From Pseudomonadota bacterium (GTDB lineage: Bacteria; Pseudomonadota; Alphaproteobacteria; Sphingomonadales; Sphingomonadaceae), in the NCBI GenBank assembly GCA_046050825.1, contig JBJOPJ010000001.1:1-46484 (forward strand): a stretch of DNA of 46,484 nucleotides, read 5' to 3'. The notes under the pieces were generated by a model. It ran no database searches, was not told the DNA's origin, and saw nothing but the letters and a program-made list of their open reading frames with translations. Position 1 is the first letter of the stretch; every line of letters starts with the position of its first letter. Both the position numbers and the translations under genes were made by a program. Of this stretch, positions 1-10,846 are shown one piece after another.

Positions 1-1131
1 ATGCGCCGCGCGATCGATGCTGCCGGCTACAAAGAGGTCAAGACCCCGCAGGTGATGGATGCGCGCCAGTGGGAACAATCGGGCCACTGGGGCAAGTATC
101 GCGAAAACATGTTCGTGATCCCCGATGAAGTGCCCAACACCGAGGACGACGGCCCGGTCATTTCGGGCGAAGCGGACTGGATGGCGCTTAAGCCGATGAA
201 CTGTCCGGCGCACGTCCTGATCTTCCGCCAGGGGATCAAGAGCTACCGCGACCTGCCGCTGCGCCTGTACGAAAACGGCTGCTGCCACCGCAACGAACCG
301 CACGGCGCGCTGCACGGGCTGATGCGCGTGCGCCAGTTCACGCAGGACGATGCGCACATCTTCTGCCGCGAAGATCAGATCGTGGCCGAAGTGCAGGCGT
401 TCTGCGCGCTGGCTGACCGGATCTACAAGGACTTTGGGTTCACGTATTCGATCAAGCTGGCGCTGCGCCCCGAAAAGCGGTTCGGCAGCGAAGCAATGTG
501 GGACAAGGCCGAAGCCGAACTGCGCGATGCGGTGGTGCGCGCGGGGCTGGCCACTGCGGACTATGGCTGGGAAGAGCTACCCGGCGAAGGCGCGTTCTAT
601 GCCCCCAAGCTGGAATGGCACCTGACCGACGCGATCGGTCGCACGTGGCAGGTTGGCACGATCCAATCAGACCGGGTGCTGCCCGAACGGCTCGATGCCA
701 GCTACATTGCCGAAGATGGCGAAAAGCATCGCCCGGTGATGCTGCACCGCGCGATCTTCGGTTCGTATGAACGCTTCATCGGCATCCTGATCGAACACTA
801 TGCCGGGCGCCTGCCCGCATGGCTGGCCCCGGTGCAGGCGGTGGTGGCGACGATCGTTTCGGATGCCGATGGCTATGCCCACGATGTGGCCGCGCAGTTG
901 AAAGCGGCGGGCATCCGGGTGGAAACCGACGTGCGCAACGAAAAGATCAACTACAAGGTGCGCGAACACTCGTTGCAAAAAGTTCCGCACCTGCTGGTGG
1001 TGGGCAAGCGCGAGGCCGAAGAAGGCACCGTGGCGGTCCGCACCCTTGGGGTGGAACACCAGAAAGTGATGCCGCTGGCCGAAGCCATCGCGCTGCTGCA
1101 GGGCGAAGCCACCGCTCCGGATTTGCGCTGA
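1..1131 (+). CDS. thrS: Threonyl-tRNA synthetase, C-terminal part (5' end lies outside the window)
   Basis: Class II ThrRS motifs [59 protein letters not shown]; anticodon-binding domain KINYKVREH. Confidence 0.98.
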   Translation: MRRAIDAAGYKEVKTPQVMDARQWEQSGHWGKYRENMFVIPDEVPNTEDDGPVISGEADWMALKPMNCPAHVLIFRQGIKSYRDLPLRLYENGCCHRNEPHGALHGLMRVRQFTQDDAHIFCREDQIVAEVQAFCALADRIYKDFGFTYSIKLALRPEKRFGSEAMWDKAEAELRDAVVRAGLATADYGWEELPGEGAFYAPKLEWHLTDAIGRTWQVGTIQSDRVLPERLDASYIAEDGEKHRPVMLHRAIFGSYERFIGILIEHYAGRLPAWLAPVQAVVATIVSDADGYAHDVAAQLKAAGIRVETDVRNEKINYKVREHSLQKVPHLLVVGKREAEEGTVAVRTLGVEHQKVMPLAEAIALLQGEATAPDLR

Positions 1132-1162
1132 CCTGCGTGCTTATGCCTGTGATCGCGTGTCT

Positions 1163-1909
1163 ATGATCGCGGGCCTGACGCTGGCCCAACTGGGCGTGGC
1201 GCTGTTCGCCACGCTGGCGGCGGCATTCGTGCGGGGGCTGGCCGGGTTCGGCATGGCAATCCTGCTGGTGCCGGTGCTGGGCCTGGCGGTGCCCCCGCGC
1301 GAAGCGGTGGTGGTGGCGAACTGGCTGGGGCTGATGATCGGCCTGGTCGGCCTCAAGCAGATCATCGGACAAAGCGAACGCAGCGCCTTTGCGATTGCGG
1401 CGCTGGCCGTGGCGGCAACGCCGCTGGGCGTGTGGTTGCTGGCGGTGACCGACCCCGCGCTGGCGCGGATGCTGATTGCGCTGATCGCGCTGGTTTCGTT
1501 CGTGCTGGTGCTGTTGCCCAAACGGCCCGCGCACCACGCGCCGGGCGCGGTGGAAACCGGCACGACCGGGGTGCTGTCAGGCGTGCTGACCGGGTTTGCC
1601 GGAATGCCGGGGCCGCCGGTGGTGCCCTATTACTTGCGCCGCGAAATTCCCGCGCAGCTGGCCCGCGCTTCGATGATGACGATCTTTCTGGCCACGTCGG
1701 CTGCCGGGGTAGCCTCGTCGCTGGCCCTGGGTGTGGCAACGCGGCGCGAGCCGGTGCTGGCGGGCCTGCTGTTTCCCGCGGTGCTGCTGGGCAATTGGCT
1801 GGGGCACCTGGCTTTTGGCCGGATCAACGACACGGCATGGCGGGTGTTCACCGGGTTCGTGCTGGGGGTATCGGCGCTGGCGGCGCTGTGGCGCCTGTTG
1901 CAGCTTTAG
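1163..1909 (+). CDS. Sulfite exporter TauE/SafE family membrane protein
   Basis: Very hydrophobic; duplicated motifs AAFVRGLAGFG and SGVLTGFAGMPGPP; start ATG 1163 or GTG 1157. Confidence 0.85.
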   Translation: MIAGLTLAQLGVALFATLAAAFVRGLAGFGMAILLVPVLGLAVPPREAVVVANWLGLMIGLVGLKQIIGQSERSAFAIAALAVAATPLGVWLLAVTDPALARMLIALIALVSFVLVLLPKRPAHHAPGAVETGTTGVLSGVLTGFAGMPGPPVVPYYLRREIPAQLARASMMTIFLATSAAGVASSLALGVATRREPVLAGLLFPAVLLGNWLGHLAFGRINDTAWRVFTGFVLGVSALAALWRLLQL

Positions 1910-2013
1910 AACGGTAGGGCATGCCCGGCGCAGATCAGCGCGATCGCGCAGCCGCAGACCATGACGCGGCGCAGCGTTTCGGGGGTTGCGGCTTGAGCTA
2001 GGATCCGGGCCAT
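1906..2013 (-). CDS. Putative 35-aa small membrane protein MARILAQAATPETLRRVMVCGCAIALICAGHALPF (not in the ORF track)
   Basis: Manual translation from ATG 2013 to TAA 1906; fills the intergenic gap; single hydrophobic segment; CtrA-like box just upstream. Confidence 0.6.
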   Translation of the reverse strand: MARILAQAATPETLRRVMVCGCAIALICAGHALPF

Positions 2014-2037
2014 GGACCAACTGTGCGCCCAGCCTGC

Positions 2038-2052
2038 TTACCAAAAGGTTAA
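2038..2052 (-). promoter_or_regulatory. CtrA-like binding box TTAA-N7-GTAA (TTAACCTTTTGGTAA)
   Basis: One mismatch to the alphaproteobacterial CtrA consensus TTAA-N7-TTAA; AT-rich patch ~25 bp upstream of the small ORF. Confidence 0.55.
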
Positions 2053-2062
2053 GCGCGCGGCC

Positions 2063-3817
2063 CTATCCCTGATCGGCGAACAGGACTTTCAGATCTTTCT
2101 TCAGGATCTTGCCATTGGCGTTGCGCGGCAGGGTTTCATCCATGAACAGGATCCGCACCGGCACTTTGAACGCGGCCAGCCGGGCGGCCACCCAATCTTG
2201 CAATTCGCGTTCGCTGGCCTGCGTGCCGGGCGCCAGATGGACCACCGCGGCGGGTTCTTCGCCCAGCGTCCGGTGCGGAATGCCAACGATCGCGGCGTCC
2301 ATCACTGCGGGGTGTTCGTAGAGCGCGTTTTCCACTTCGGATGAATAGATGTTCTCGCCCCCGCGCAGGACCATGTCCTTGGCCCGGTCAACGATGAAGC
2401 AGAACCCTTCGCTGTCCAGATAGGCCAGATCGCCAGTGCGCACCCAGCCCTGCACGAACGTTGCGGCACTGGCTTCGGGGTTCTGCCAATAGCCCTTCAC
2501 GATCATCGGGCCGCGCGCCCACAGTTCGCCCACTTGGCCCGCGGGCAGCACGGTAACACCATCTTCGCCGCGGATTTCCAGATCGGCCACCGCCACGGCC
2601 GGGCCGCAACTCGTGGGCCGGTTGAGGTAGTCTTCGGCCGAATGGGTGGTCACGGTGGCGGTGGTTTCGGTCATCCCCCAGCCGTTGCCGGGCAGCGCGC
2701 CAAACACTTCATAGATCTTGCGGACCAGTTCCGGCGCGGAGGGCGCGCCGCCATAGCCGATCGATTCTAAGCTGGAGAGATCGTACTTGGTGCGATCGGG
2801 ATGTTCGATCATTTGCCACGCGATGGTGGGCACCCCGCCCGTGGCGTTGACCTTTTCGCGCTCGATGATTTCGAAGGCCTTCACCGGGTCCCATTTGTAC
2901 ATGAAGATCATGGTGTGGCCGGCGGCGATGGCGCCCATCAACGTGGCGCTGCACGCGGTGGCGTGGAACAGCGGAATCACGGTCAGCAGCACCTTGCGTT
3001 CGGGATCGGGCAGGGCATCGCCCCGGCGCAGCACGGCGCGGGCGGCGGCATAGCCCGATGACAGGATGTTGCTGGCAAAGTTGCGGTGGGTGCCAAGGGC
3101 GCCCTTGGGGTGGCCGGTGGTGCCCGACGTGTAGAGGATCGTGGCCGGATCATCCGGCAGGATGGTTTCGGCGGGCAGTTCGCGTTCGGGCAGGGCGGAC
3201 CAATCGCGCGGTGCGCCGATCACGCTTTCCAGCCGGGTCACGCCCGCCGGTGGTTCGGCACAGCGGGCCACAATGGTCTGTTCCAGCGCGGGCAGATCGG
3301 GCCGGTGTGGCAAGATGCGTTCCAGCCGCTCTTCATCGCAGATCAGCATTTTGGCGCCGGAATTGGTCAGGCCATAGGCCAGTTCCTGCCCCGTCCACCA
3401 CGCGTTCAGTGGCACGCAGATGGCGCCGATGGTCACCGCGGCAAAGAACGCCACCGGCCATTCGGGCAGATTGCGCATCGCCAGCGCCACCCGATCGCCC
3501 TTGGTCACGCCCGCGCTGCGCAAATGCTGCGCCAGGGCGGCTACTGCCCGGAACCACGCCGCATACGTGATGCGCTCATCTTCATAAATCAGGAACGTGG
3601 CATCGCCGTGCGCCCGTCCGGCCTGTGCCAGCAGGGCAAGGTTGGCCGGAGCGTTCTTCCACACGCGGGTATCGATCCCGTCGATCACGGCGTGGTCCAT
3701 TTCGAACTTCGCGCCGGGCGCACACAGCGCGGCTTCGACTTGCCCCAGCGACATCGCCGGCCAGCCTGCCGGAATTGCGCCTTCGATCAGTTCGTCCTGC
3801 TTCGTGGTATCCGCCAT
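2063..3817 (-). CDS. Class I adenylate-forming enzyme, long-chain acyl-CoA synthetase-like
   Basis: AMP-binding motif YTSGTTGHPKG, GWGMTET, RTGD, RGGENIY, C-terminal NGKILK; start moved to MADTTK (3817). Confidence 0.9.
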   Translation of the reverse strand: MADTTKQDELIEGAIPAGWPAMSLGQVEAALCAPGAKFEMDHAVIDGIDTRVWKNAPANLALLAQAGRAHGDATFLIYEDERITYAAWFRAVAALAQHLRSAGVTKGDRVALAMRNLPEWPVAFFAAVTIGAICVPLNAWWTGQELAYGLTNSGAKMLICDEERLERILPHRPDLPALEQTIVARCAEPPAGVTRLESVIGAPRDWSALPERELPAETILPDDPATILYTSGTTGHPKGALGTHRNFASNILSSGYAAARAVLRRGDALPDPERKVLLTVIPLFHATACSATLMGAIAAGHTMIFMYKWDPVKAFEIIEREKVNATGGVPTIAWQMIEHPDRTKYDLSSLESIGYGGAPSAPELVRKIYEVFGALPGNGWGMTETTATVTTHSAEDYLNRPTSCGPAVAVADLEIRGEDGVTVLPAGQVGELWARGPMIVKGYWQNPEASAATFVQGWVRTGDLAYLDSEGFCFIVDRAKDMVLRGGENIYSSEVENALYEHPAVMDAAIVGIPHRTLGEEPAAVVHLAPGTQASERELQDWVAARLAAFKVPVRILFMDETLPRNANGKILKKDLKVLFADQG

Positions 3818-3956
3818 GCCCTGTCCCGTTCGCATTATTTTGTTATGGAACCAGCGTAACGCAAAGCGCCGCGCACTCAAGCCTCGCAGATGCCGCTTGC
3901 GCACATAGGCATTTTGCTGCGAACCTTGGCGGATAACGACGACAGGGAGGACGTGG

Positions 3957-4646
3957 GTGTTCAATACGGCAGCTTATGATGAAGTGGTGCGCGGACGGCG
4001 GAGTATTCGCGGCTACAAGCCCGATCCCGTGCCCAAGGCCCTGATCCGCGAAGTGCTGGAAGTGGCGATGCGGGCGCCGTCCTCGCTTAACACCCAGCCG
4101 TGGAACTTTTATGTCCTGACCGGTGCGCCGCTGGATCGGATCCGCGCGGGCAACACCGAACGCAACCTGGCCGGGGTGCCGTCCTCGCGCGAGTTCAAGG
4201 GCCACGAAAACTATGCTGGCGAACACCGCGAACGGCAGGTCGAAATCGCCAAGCAACTGTTCGGCGCGATGGGCATCGCCCGCGAGGACAAGGATGCCCG
4301 GCTGGGCTGGGTGCTGCGCGGGTTTCGCCAGTTCGATGCCCCGGTTTCGATCGTGGTTACGTATGACAAGGTGATTCAGGGCAGCGATATCGCCCCGTTC
4401 GATTGCGGCGCGATCGTCAATGCGATCGTCAACGCCGCGTGGGCGCGCGGGCTGGGCTGCGTGATCAACAGCCAGGGGATCATGCAATCGCCGGTAGTGC
4501 GCGAACACGCCGGGATTGCCGATGATCAGGTGATCATGATGTGCATCGCGATGGGGTGGCCGGATGACAGCTTTCCCGCCAACGCCGTGGTGTCGCAGCG
4601 CAAAGCGGTGGACGATGCCGCCCGCTTTGTGGGGTTTGACGACTGA
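3957..4646 (+). CDS. Nitroreductase family flavoprotein
   Basis: RRSIRGY, RAPSSLNTQPW, FDAP, ARGLG motifs; SD GGGAGG upstream of GTG. Confidence 0.9.
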   Translation: MFNTAAYDEVVRGRRSIRGYKPDPVPKALIREVLEVAMRAPSSLNTQPWNFYVLTGAPLDRIRAGNTERNLAGVPSSREFKGHENYAGEHRERQVEIAKQLFGAMGIAREDKDARLGWVLRGFRQFDAPVSIVVTYDKVIQGSDIAPFDCGAIVNAIVNAAWARGLGCVINSQGIMQSPVVREHAGIADDQVIMMCIAMGWPDDSFPANAVVSQRKAVDDAARFVGFDD

Positions 4647-6518
<1,872 letters not shown>

Positions 6519-6577
6519 CGGGGCTGCTCTTTGGTTTTCGATTGGGTGGTCATGTAGGCTCCGTTGGGCAACGGGTG

Positions 6578-6608
6578 CGCCGCGCCTTGATGCGGTTCAA
6601 GGGCGGCG
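6578..6608. terminator. GC-rich hairpin, possible terminator of the MFS remnant
   Basis: CGCCGC(G)CCTTGA / TCAAGGGCGGCG stem with a 6-nt loop; no clear U tract on the minus strand. Confidence 0.35.
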
Positions 6609-6624
6609 TTTCCCCGCAGGGCGA

Positions 6625-6723
6625 TTAACCGTCGAGGTTGCGCTTGTAGGTTTCAGGCAAGACGAAGATCCCGATCACCACGGCCAGCGCCGCACCAACC
6701 CGTCCCGCGACAGGATAGGCAAC
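6625..6723 (-). pseudogene. 3' remnant of an MFS (MHS/sugar-porter-type) transporter gene
   Basis: Manual translation VAYPVAGRVGAALAVVIGIFVLPETYKRNLDG*: last TM helix plus the LPET(K/Y) MFS terminal signature; no start codon. Confidence 0.6.
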
Positions 6724-6724
6724 C

Positions 6725-7885
6725 TCAGTCGAACAGGCTTTGATACTTTTGCGAAAACACGTCGCGCCCGATGATCAGGCGCATGACCTCGCTTGATCCG
6801 GCGAGGATGCGATTGATGCGCGCGTCCGAGAACATCCGGCTGATCGGATATTCGTCCATGAAGCCGGCCCCGCCATGCAGCTGCACGCCCAGGTCGAGCA
6901 TCTTCCATTCCACTTCGCTGGCGACCATTTTGGCCTTGGCGCCCATGTTGCTGGTCAGCAGCCCGGCGTTGTGCTGCGTCACGCAGTGATCGATGTAGAC
7001 TTGCGCCAGTTCGATCTCAGTATCCATTTCGGCCATGCGGAACTGGGTGTTCTGCTGATCGGCCAGCGGCTGGCCGAAGATCTGGCGCTGCGACACGTAA
7101 TCGCGGGTGATGTCAAAGGCCTTGCGCGCGTTGGCAGCGCAGCCCACGGCGGAAATCAGCCGTTCTTCGGCCAGCCCTTCCATCAGGTAATAGAACCCCT
7201 TGCCGGCTTCGCCCAATTGGTTGGCCTTGGGAACTTTGACGTTGTTGAAGAACAGTTCGGCGGTGTCCTGTGCAGGCATCCCCATCTTCTTGAGGTTGCG
7301 GCCGCGTTCGAACCCGTCCATCCCGCGCTCAAGGATCAGCAGCACCATGGCATGTTTCTTGTCCGCGCCGGCCACTTTGGCGGCCACGATCACCACATCA
7401 GCGTTGATCCCGTTCGAAATATAGGTCTTTGACCCGTTGAGCAGCCAGTGATCGCCCATGTCCTGGGCATTGGTGCGCATCCCGGCAAGGTCCGAGCCGG
7501 CGCCCGGCTCGGTCATTGCGATCGCCAGGATCGTTTCGCCGGATACGCACTTGGGCAGGAATCGGGCGCGCTGTTCTTCGGTCCCGAACCGCTGGAAATA
7601 GGGGCCAACCAGCCGGCTGTGCAGCGTGTTGTAGAATTGCTTGCAGCCAACGCGGGCGGTTTCTTCGATGATGATCTGTTCATAGCGGAAATCGCCATCG
7701 CCCATGCCGCCGTACTTTTCTTCGGGCCAGATCATCAGAAAGCCAAGGTCTCCGGCTTTCTTGAAGGCGCTGCGATCAACGATCCCGGCTTCGCGCCAAT
7801 CCTCCATATGCGGTGCGATCTCGCTGGCGAGAAATTTGCGATAGGCATCGCGGAACATGATCTGGTCTTCGGTAAACTGGCGCAT
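6725..7885 (-). CDS. Acyl-CoA dehydrogenase (long-chain type)
   Basis: IAMTEPGAGSDL, NGSKTYISNG, EERL, QLHGGAGFMDEY, ILAGSSEVM. Confidence 0.93.
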   Translation of the reverse strand: MRQFTEDQIMFRDAYRKFLASEIAPHMEDWREAGIVDRSAFKKAGDLGFLMIWPEEKYGGMGDGDFRYEQIIIEETARVGCKQFYNTLHSRLVGPYFQRFGTEEQRARFLPKCVSGETILAIAMTEPGAGSDLAGMRTNAQDMGDHWLLNGSKTYISNGINADVVIVAAKVAGADKKHAMVLLILERGMDGFERGRNLKKMGMPAQDTAELFFNNVKVPKANQLGEAGKGFYYLMEGLAEERLISAVGCAANARKAFDITRDYVSQRQIFGQPLADQQNTQFRMAEMDTEIELAQVYIDHCVTQHNAGLLTSNMGAKAKMVASEVEWKMLDLGVQLHGGAGFMDEYPISRMFSDARINRILAGSSEVMRLIIGRDVFSQKYQSLFD

Positions 7886-8172
7886 GGTTGCAACCCTTCC
7901 CCTGAATCGGTTTTGCCCGATTAGGCAGGTATTTTCGGGCTTGTGAAGGGCATTGCGCCGGTTGATCCGAAATCCGCCACCCAGCGGGGCGTCATTCCAT
8001 GCCGTGGCGGGCCAGATAGTTGTTAGATTGCTGTGATTCCGCAGGGATTATTGACCATCCTCCCCAATCCGGGGGTTGGGCGGGCCGGGGGCGTGATAAG
8101 CTGCGCCAAACGGGTCCAGTCCGGGCGTGCGCCGCGCGGCACGCCGGGGTTTGGAAATCAAGGGAACATTTG

Positions 8173-8658
8173 ATGAACGGCGATGCAAGTTCACTGGCGG
8201 CGCAGATTGTCGCCGCTTATGTCAGCCATAATGAGATTTCTCCCCGCGAAGTGGTTGAACTGCTGCGCTCGCTCCGCACCGAACTCAACACCCATGGCGG
8301 CGTGGTGAACGTGCTGCCGGTGGCGCGGATCAAGCCTGAAGCGCTGCGGCCAGCAGTGTCGGTCGAACATTCGATCCAGCTCGATGCACTGGTCTGTCTG
8401 GAATGCGGGGCGGCGGTCAAGCTGCTCAAGTCGCACATCCGCTATCGCCATAACTTGTGGCCCCAGCAATATGCCGAACGCTGGGGGCTGCCGGCAGATT
8501 ACCCGTTCGTGGCCGCAGAACTGTCCTCAAAGCGCCGCAGTGTTGCGCTGGTATCGGGGCTGGGCAAGACCGACCATGTCCGCCACCCTGCACGGCCGCC
8601 ACGTCTTAGCGGCAAGGGCGCGCCAGCGGGGGTCGAATTCAAGACGGTCAGCCGTTAA
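8173..8658 (+). CDS. MucR/Ros family transcriptional regulator (divergent paralogue)
   Basis: N-terminal AAQIVAAYVSHN, RPAVSV, Zn finger CLECG...LKSHIRYRH, YAERWGLPADYPFVA, GLG; start ATG 8173 after AGGGA. Confidence 0.88.
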   Translation: MNGDASSLAAQIVAAYVSHNEISPREVVELLRSLRTELNTHGGVVNVLPVARIKPEALRPAVSVEHSIQLDALVCLECGAAVKLLKSHIRYRHNLWPQQYAERWGLPADYPFVAAELSSKRRSVALVSGLGKTDHVRHPARPPRLSGKGAPAGVEFKTVSR

Positions 8659-8695
8659 TTGGACTGGCGTTAATTCAACTGGCGCTAGTTCAACC
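8651..8695. repeat. Imperfect 15-bp tandem repeat, three copies
   Basis: GCCGTTAATTGGACT / GGCGTTAATTCAACT / GGCGCTAGTTCAACC. Confidence 0.7.
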
Positions 8696-8736
8696 GGGTT
8701 CAAGGGCGGGGCAGGTCCCAGCGCCAACCTGTCAAT

Positions 8737-10242
8737 TTATACTGTGCCCACCACCGGCAGCACCATTTCAATGATGGTGCCTTGCCCGTTGATGTCGTTG
8801 GGCGTGGCCCGGATCGTTCCATTCCAGCTTTCGACGAACACTTTTACCATGTAGAGCCCGAAGCCCGTGCCATCGGATTTGCCGGATTTCAGCAGTTCGA
8901 AGATTTCATCGTGGCGCGTGTCTTCGGGAATGCCGGCACCGGTATCGATGAACCGGATCACAAGGCTTGGCCGGGCAGCGGATTGCGTCAGGTCCGCCGA
9001 TACGGTCAGCGTGCTTTTGATGCCCGGGCGATTGGGGCCAATGCCTTCGAAGGCTTCGATGGCATTGGCGGCAAGGTTGAACATCACCCGCTCCAGCATC
9101 ACCGGATTGACGCGCACCAATTGCTTGGCCGCGGCCGGTGCGATCGTGCAGGTGGCATCCAGGCCGCGCCGCCGGGCTTCAGAGCGGAAGATCGGAAAGA
9201 TCCGGCGGAGCAACTGGGCGCAATCGACTTCGCGAACGTCGATCGTCTTTTCGCGCATCAGCTGCCGCAGGCTTTCGACAATGTCTGAAATCTGGTCGAT
9301 CAACTGCTGGATGTCCGCGGCGTAACGCTTCACCTCGGCGGCGGACAGATCCTTGCTTAGCGTCAGGATGTCCACCGCCGACCGGGCGGCCTGCAGCGGC
9401 TGAACGATTTCGTGGACCACCCCGCCGCCAACCAGCGAGATGGCGCTCATCGTGGAAAACCGTGAGTTCAGGATCATCATGTGATCCCGTTCAGCCACCA
9501 GTTGCTGGGTTTTTGCCGCGTGTTCCTCGGCCAGGCGGTGCCTGACCCGCAGCTGCGTGGCTTCAAGCTGCATCTCCAGTTCACGGGCCTCGGCCCGCTG
9601 GATCGAAAGGCCGATGTAATAAAAGCAGCAGAAGATGATCGTTACCGTCTGCAGCGACAGGACGACGACGATATAAATCGAAAACTCGGCGTAGCGCAGC
9701 AATTGCGCATGGGTGGTGAAGTAGGCGATCCGCGCCAGCCCAGCCACGATGGCCGCGCCAAACGCGAATTCGGCCAGCACCGTTGCCGCCAGTCCTTCGG
9801 CGTGCCGCAAGCGCCGCAAGGTGGCGACGATCGCGACTTCGATCAGTATCGCTGCCGTAGTTACGAACATCAGCGCCAATTCGGGCTGCCGGGCCAGCCA
9901 GAATAGTCCCGTATAAATCGCAAAATGGCCAAGCCAGAAGGCGGCCAGCGGCTTGGCCGACTGGGTCTTGCCCAGCATCAGACGGGCGGAATAGAGCGTG
10001 AGGTACAGCGCGGAACCCACGACGATGGTTCCGAGGAAATACGCCCATTCGCGCCAGGCGCTGTCCATGGCGAACAACACCAAGCCGGCGCTGACCTGAA
10101 AGGCCAGCGCCGCGAACCAGAGGCGGGCGGCGCGGTCGGCGGTTTTGCGGACGAAAGCCCACGAAACCAGCGTGACCAGCCCGGCGATAATCAGCAGTGA
10201 GATTGCCAGATACCGAAAGTATTCGGTCGTCGAGATGTGCAT
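8737..10242 (-). CDS. Sensor histidine kinase with a multi-pass (about 7 TM) N-terminal domain
   Basis: H-box VHEIVQPL, N-box NLAANA, G1 DTGAG, G2 GTGFGL; first ~215 aa are hydrophobic helices. Confidence 0.88.
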   Translation of the reverse strand: MHISTTEYFRYLAISLLIIAGLVTLVSWAFVRKTADRAARLWFAALAFQVSAGLVLFAMDSAWREWAYFLGTIVVGSALYLTLYSARLMLGKTQSAKPLAAFWLGHFAIYTGLFWLARQPELALMFVTTAAILIEVAIVATLRRLRHAEGLAATVLAEFAFGAAIVAGLARIAYFTTHAQLLRYAEFSIYIVVVLSLQTVTIIFCCFYYIGLSIQRAEARELEMQLEATQLRVRHRLAEEHAAKTQQLVAERDHMMILNSRFSTMSAISLVGGGVVHEIVQPLQAARSAVDILTLSKDLSAAEVKRYAADIQQLIDQISDIVESLRQLMREKTIDVREVDCAQLLRRIFPIFRSEARRRGLDATCTIAPAAAKQLVRVNPVMLERVMFNLAANAIEAFEGIGPNRPGIKSTLTVSADLTQSAARPSLVIRFIDTGAGIPEDTRHDEIFELLKSGKSDGTGFGLYMVKVFVESWNGTIRATPNDINGQGTIIEMVLPVVGTV

Positions 10243-10286
10243 CTATCGCTCCTCGACTCTGCCGGCCTGTGTGTTTGCCCGCGGCC

Positions 10287-10799
10287 CTAAGGTGCCGTCG
10301 GCGTACCGGCGTCGGGCGTCACCGGCAGTTCCGGTTCAAGCCCGACGCTCTCGATCCGCTTGAACAGATAGCGATACATCTGCGGGTCCGACACGATCAG
10401 TTCGGTTTCCGAATTGTTGAGCACGGCGCTGCGGCGGATGATCTGCACGATCTTGACGTGGACTTCGCTGCCGGTGCTGGTGCCCGGAAGGACGAGCGCA
10501 TAGAATTTCAGGCCCTTCTGGTCTCCGGCATCGCGATCGCCGGTCCGGCCCCGCGCCCCGCTGATCTGACCGGTCGCGCGATCGGCGACGTCAAGCTTGT
10601 AGCCGCCTTCGCGAAACACGCGGACGGTCCGGTCGAACGTATCTTCGACTTTGAAGCCATAGGCATATTGCTGATAGCTGGAATCGATGTTGAACAGCAG
10701 GCGGTCGGGCTGGATCGTTGCGCCGCCGCCGGCGCAGCCACCCAGGCTGCCGGCCACCATCATGGCGCAGATCAGGGTGCGGGTGAACTTGGCGTTCAT
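10287..10799 (-). CDS. Lipoprotein of unknown function
   Basis: Signal MNAKFTRTLICAMMVAGS plus lipobox LGGC; SD GAGGA; start ATG 10799. Confidence 0.75.
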   Translation of the reverse strand: MNAKFTRTLICAMMVAGSLGGCAGGGATIQPDRLLFNIDSSYQQYAYGFKVEDTFDRTVRVFREGGYKLDVADRATGQISGARGRTGDRDAGDQKGLKFYALVLPGTSTGSEVHVKIVQIIRRSAVLNNSETELIVSDPQMYRYLFKRIESVGLEPELPVTPDAGTPTAP

Positions 10800-10808
10800 C
10801 TGTTCGTT

Positions 10809-10836
10809 CCTCTTATGGCCGGCCCTCTTATGGCCG
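10809..10836. repeat. 13-bp direct repeat CCTCTTATGGCCG, two copies with a 15-bp period
   Basis: Exact copies at 10809-10821 and 10824-10836, overlapping the lipoprotein SD. Confidence 0.8.
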
Positions 10837-10846
10837 TTTGGGCCTG

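Noticed and set aside
1131-1909. Absence of infC-rpmI-rplT after thrS
   Set aside because: This operon is often broken up in alphaproteobacteria, so the absence is not informative alone
3818-3964. N-terminal extensions given by the ORF track (also for MucR, the RR, helicase, esterase, propeller, DUF3237, LysR and desaturase)
   Set aside because: They overlap neighbouring genes or promoter regions; downstream starts fit SD position and domain boundaries better
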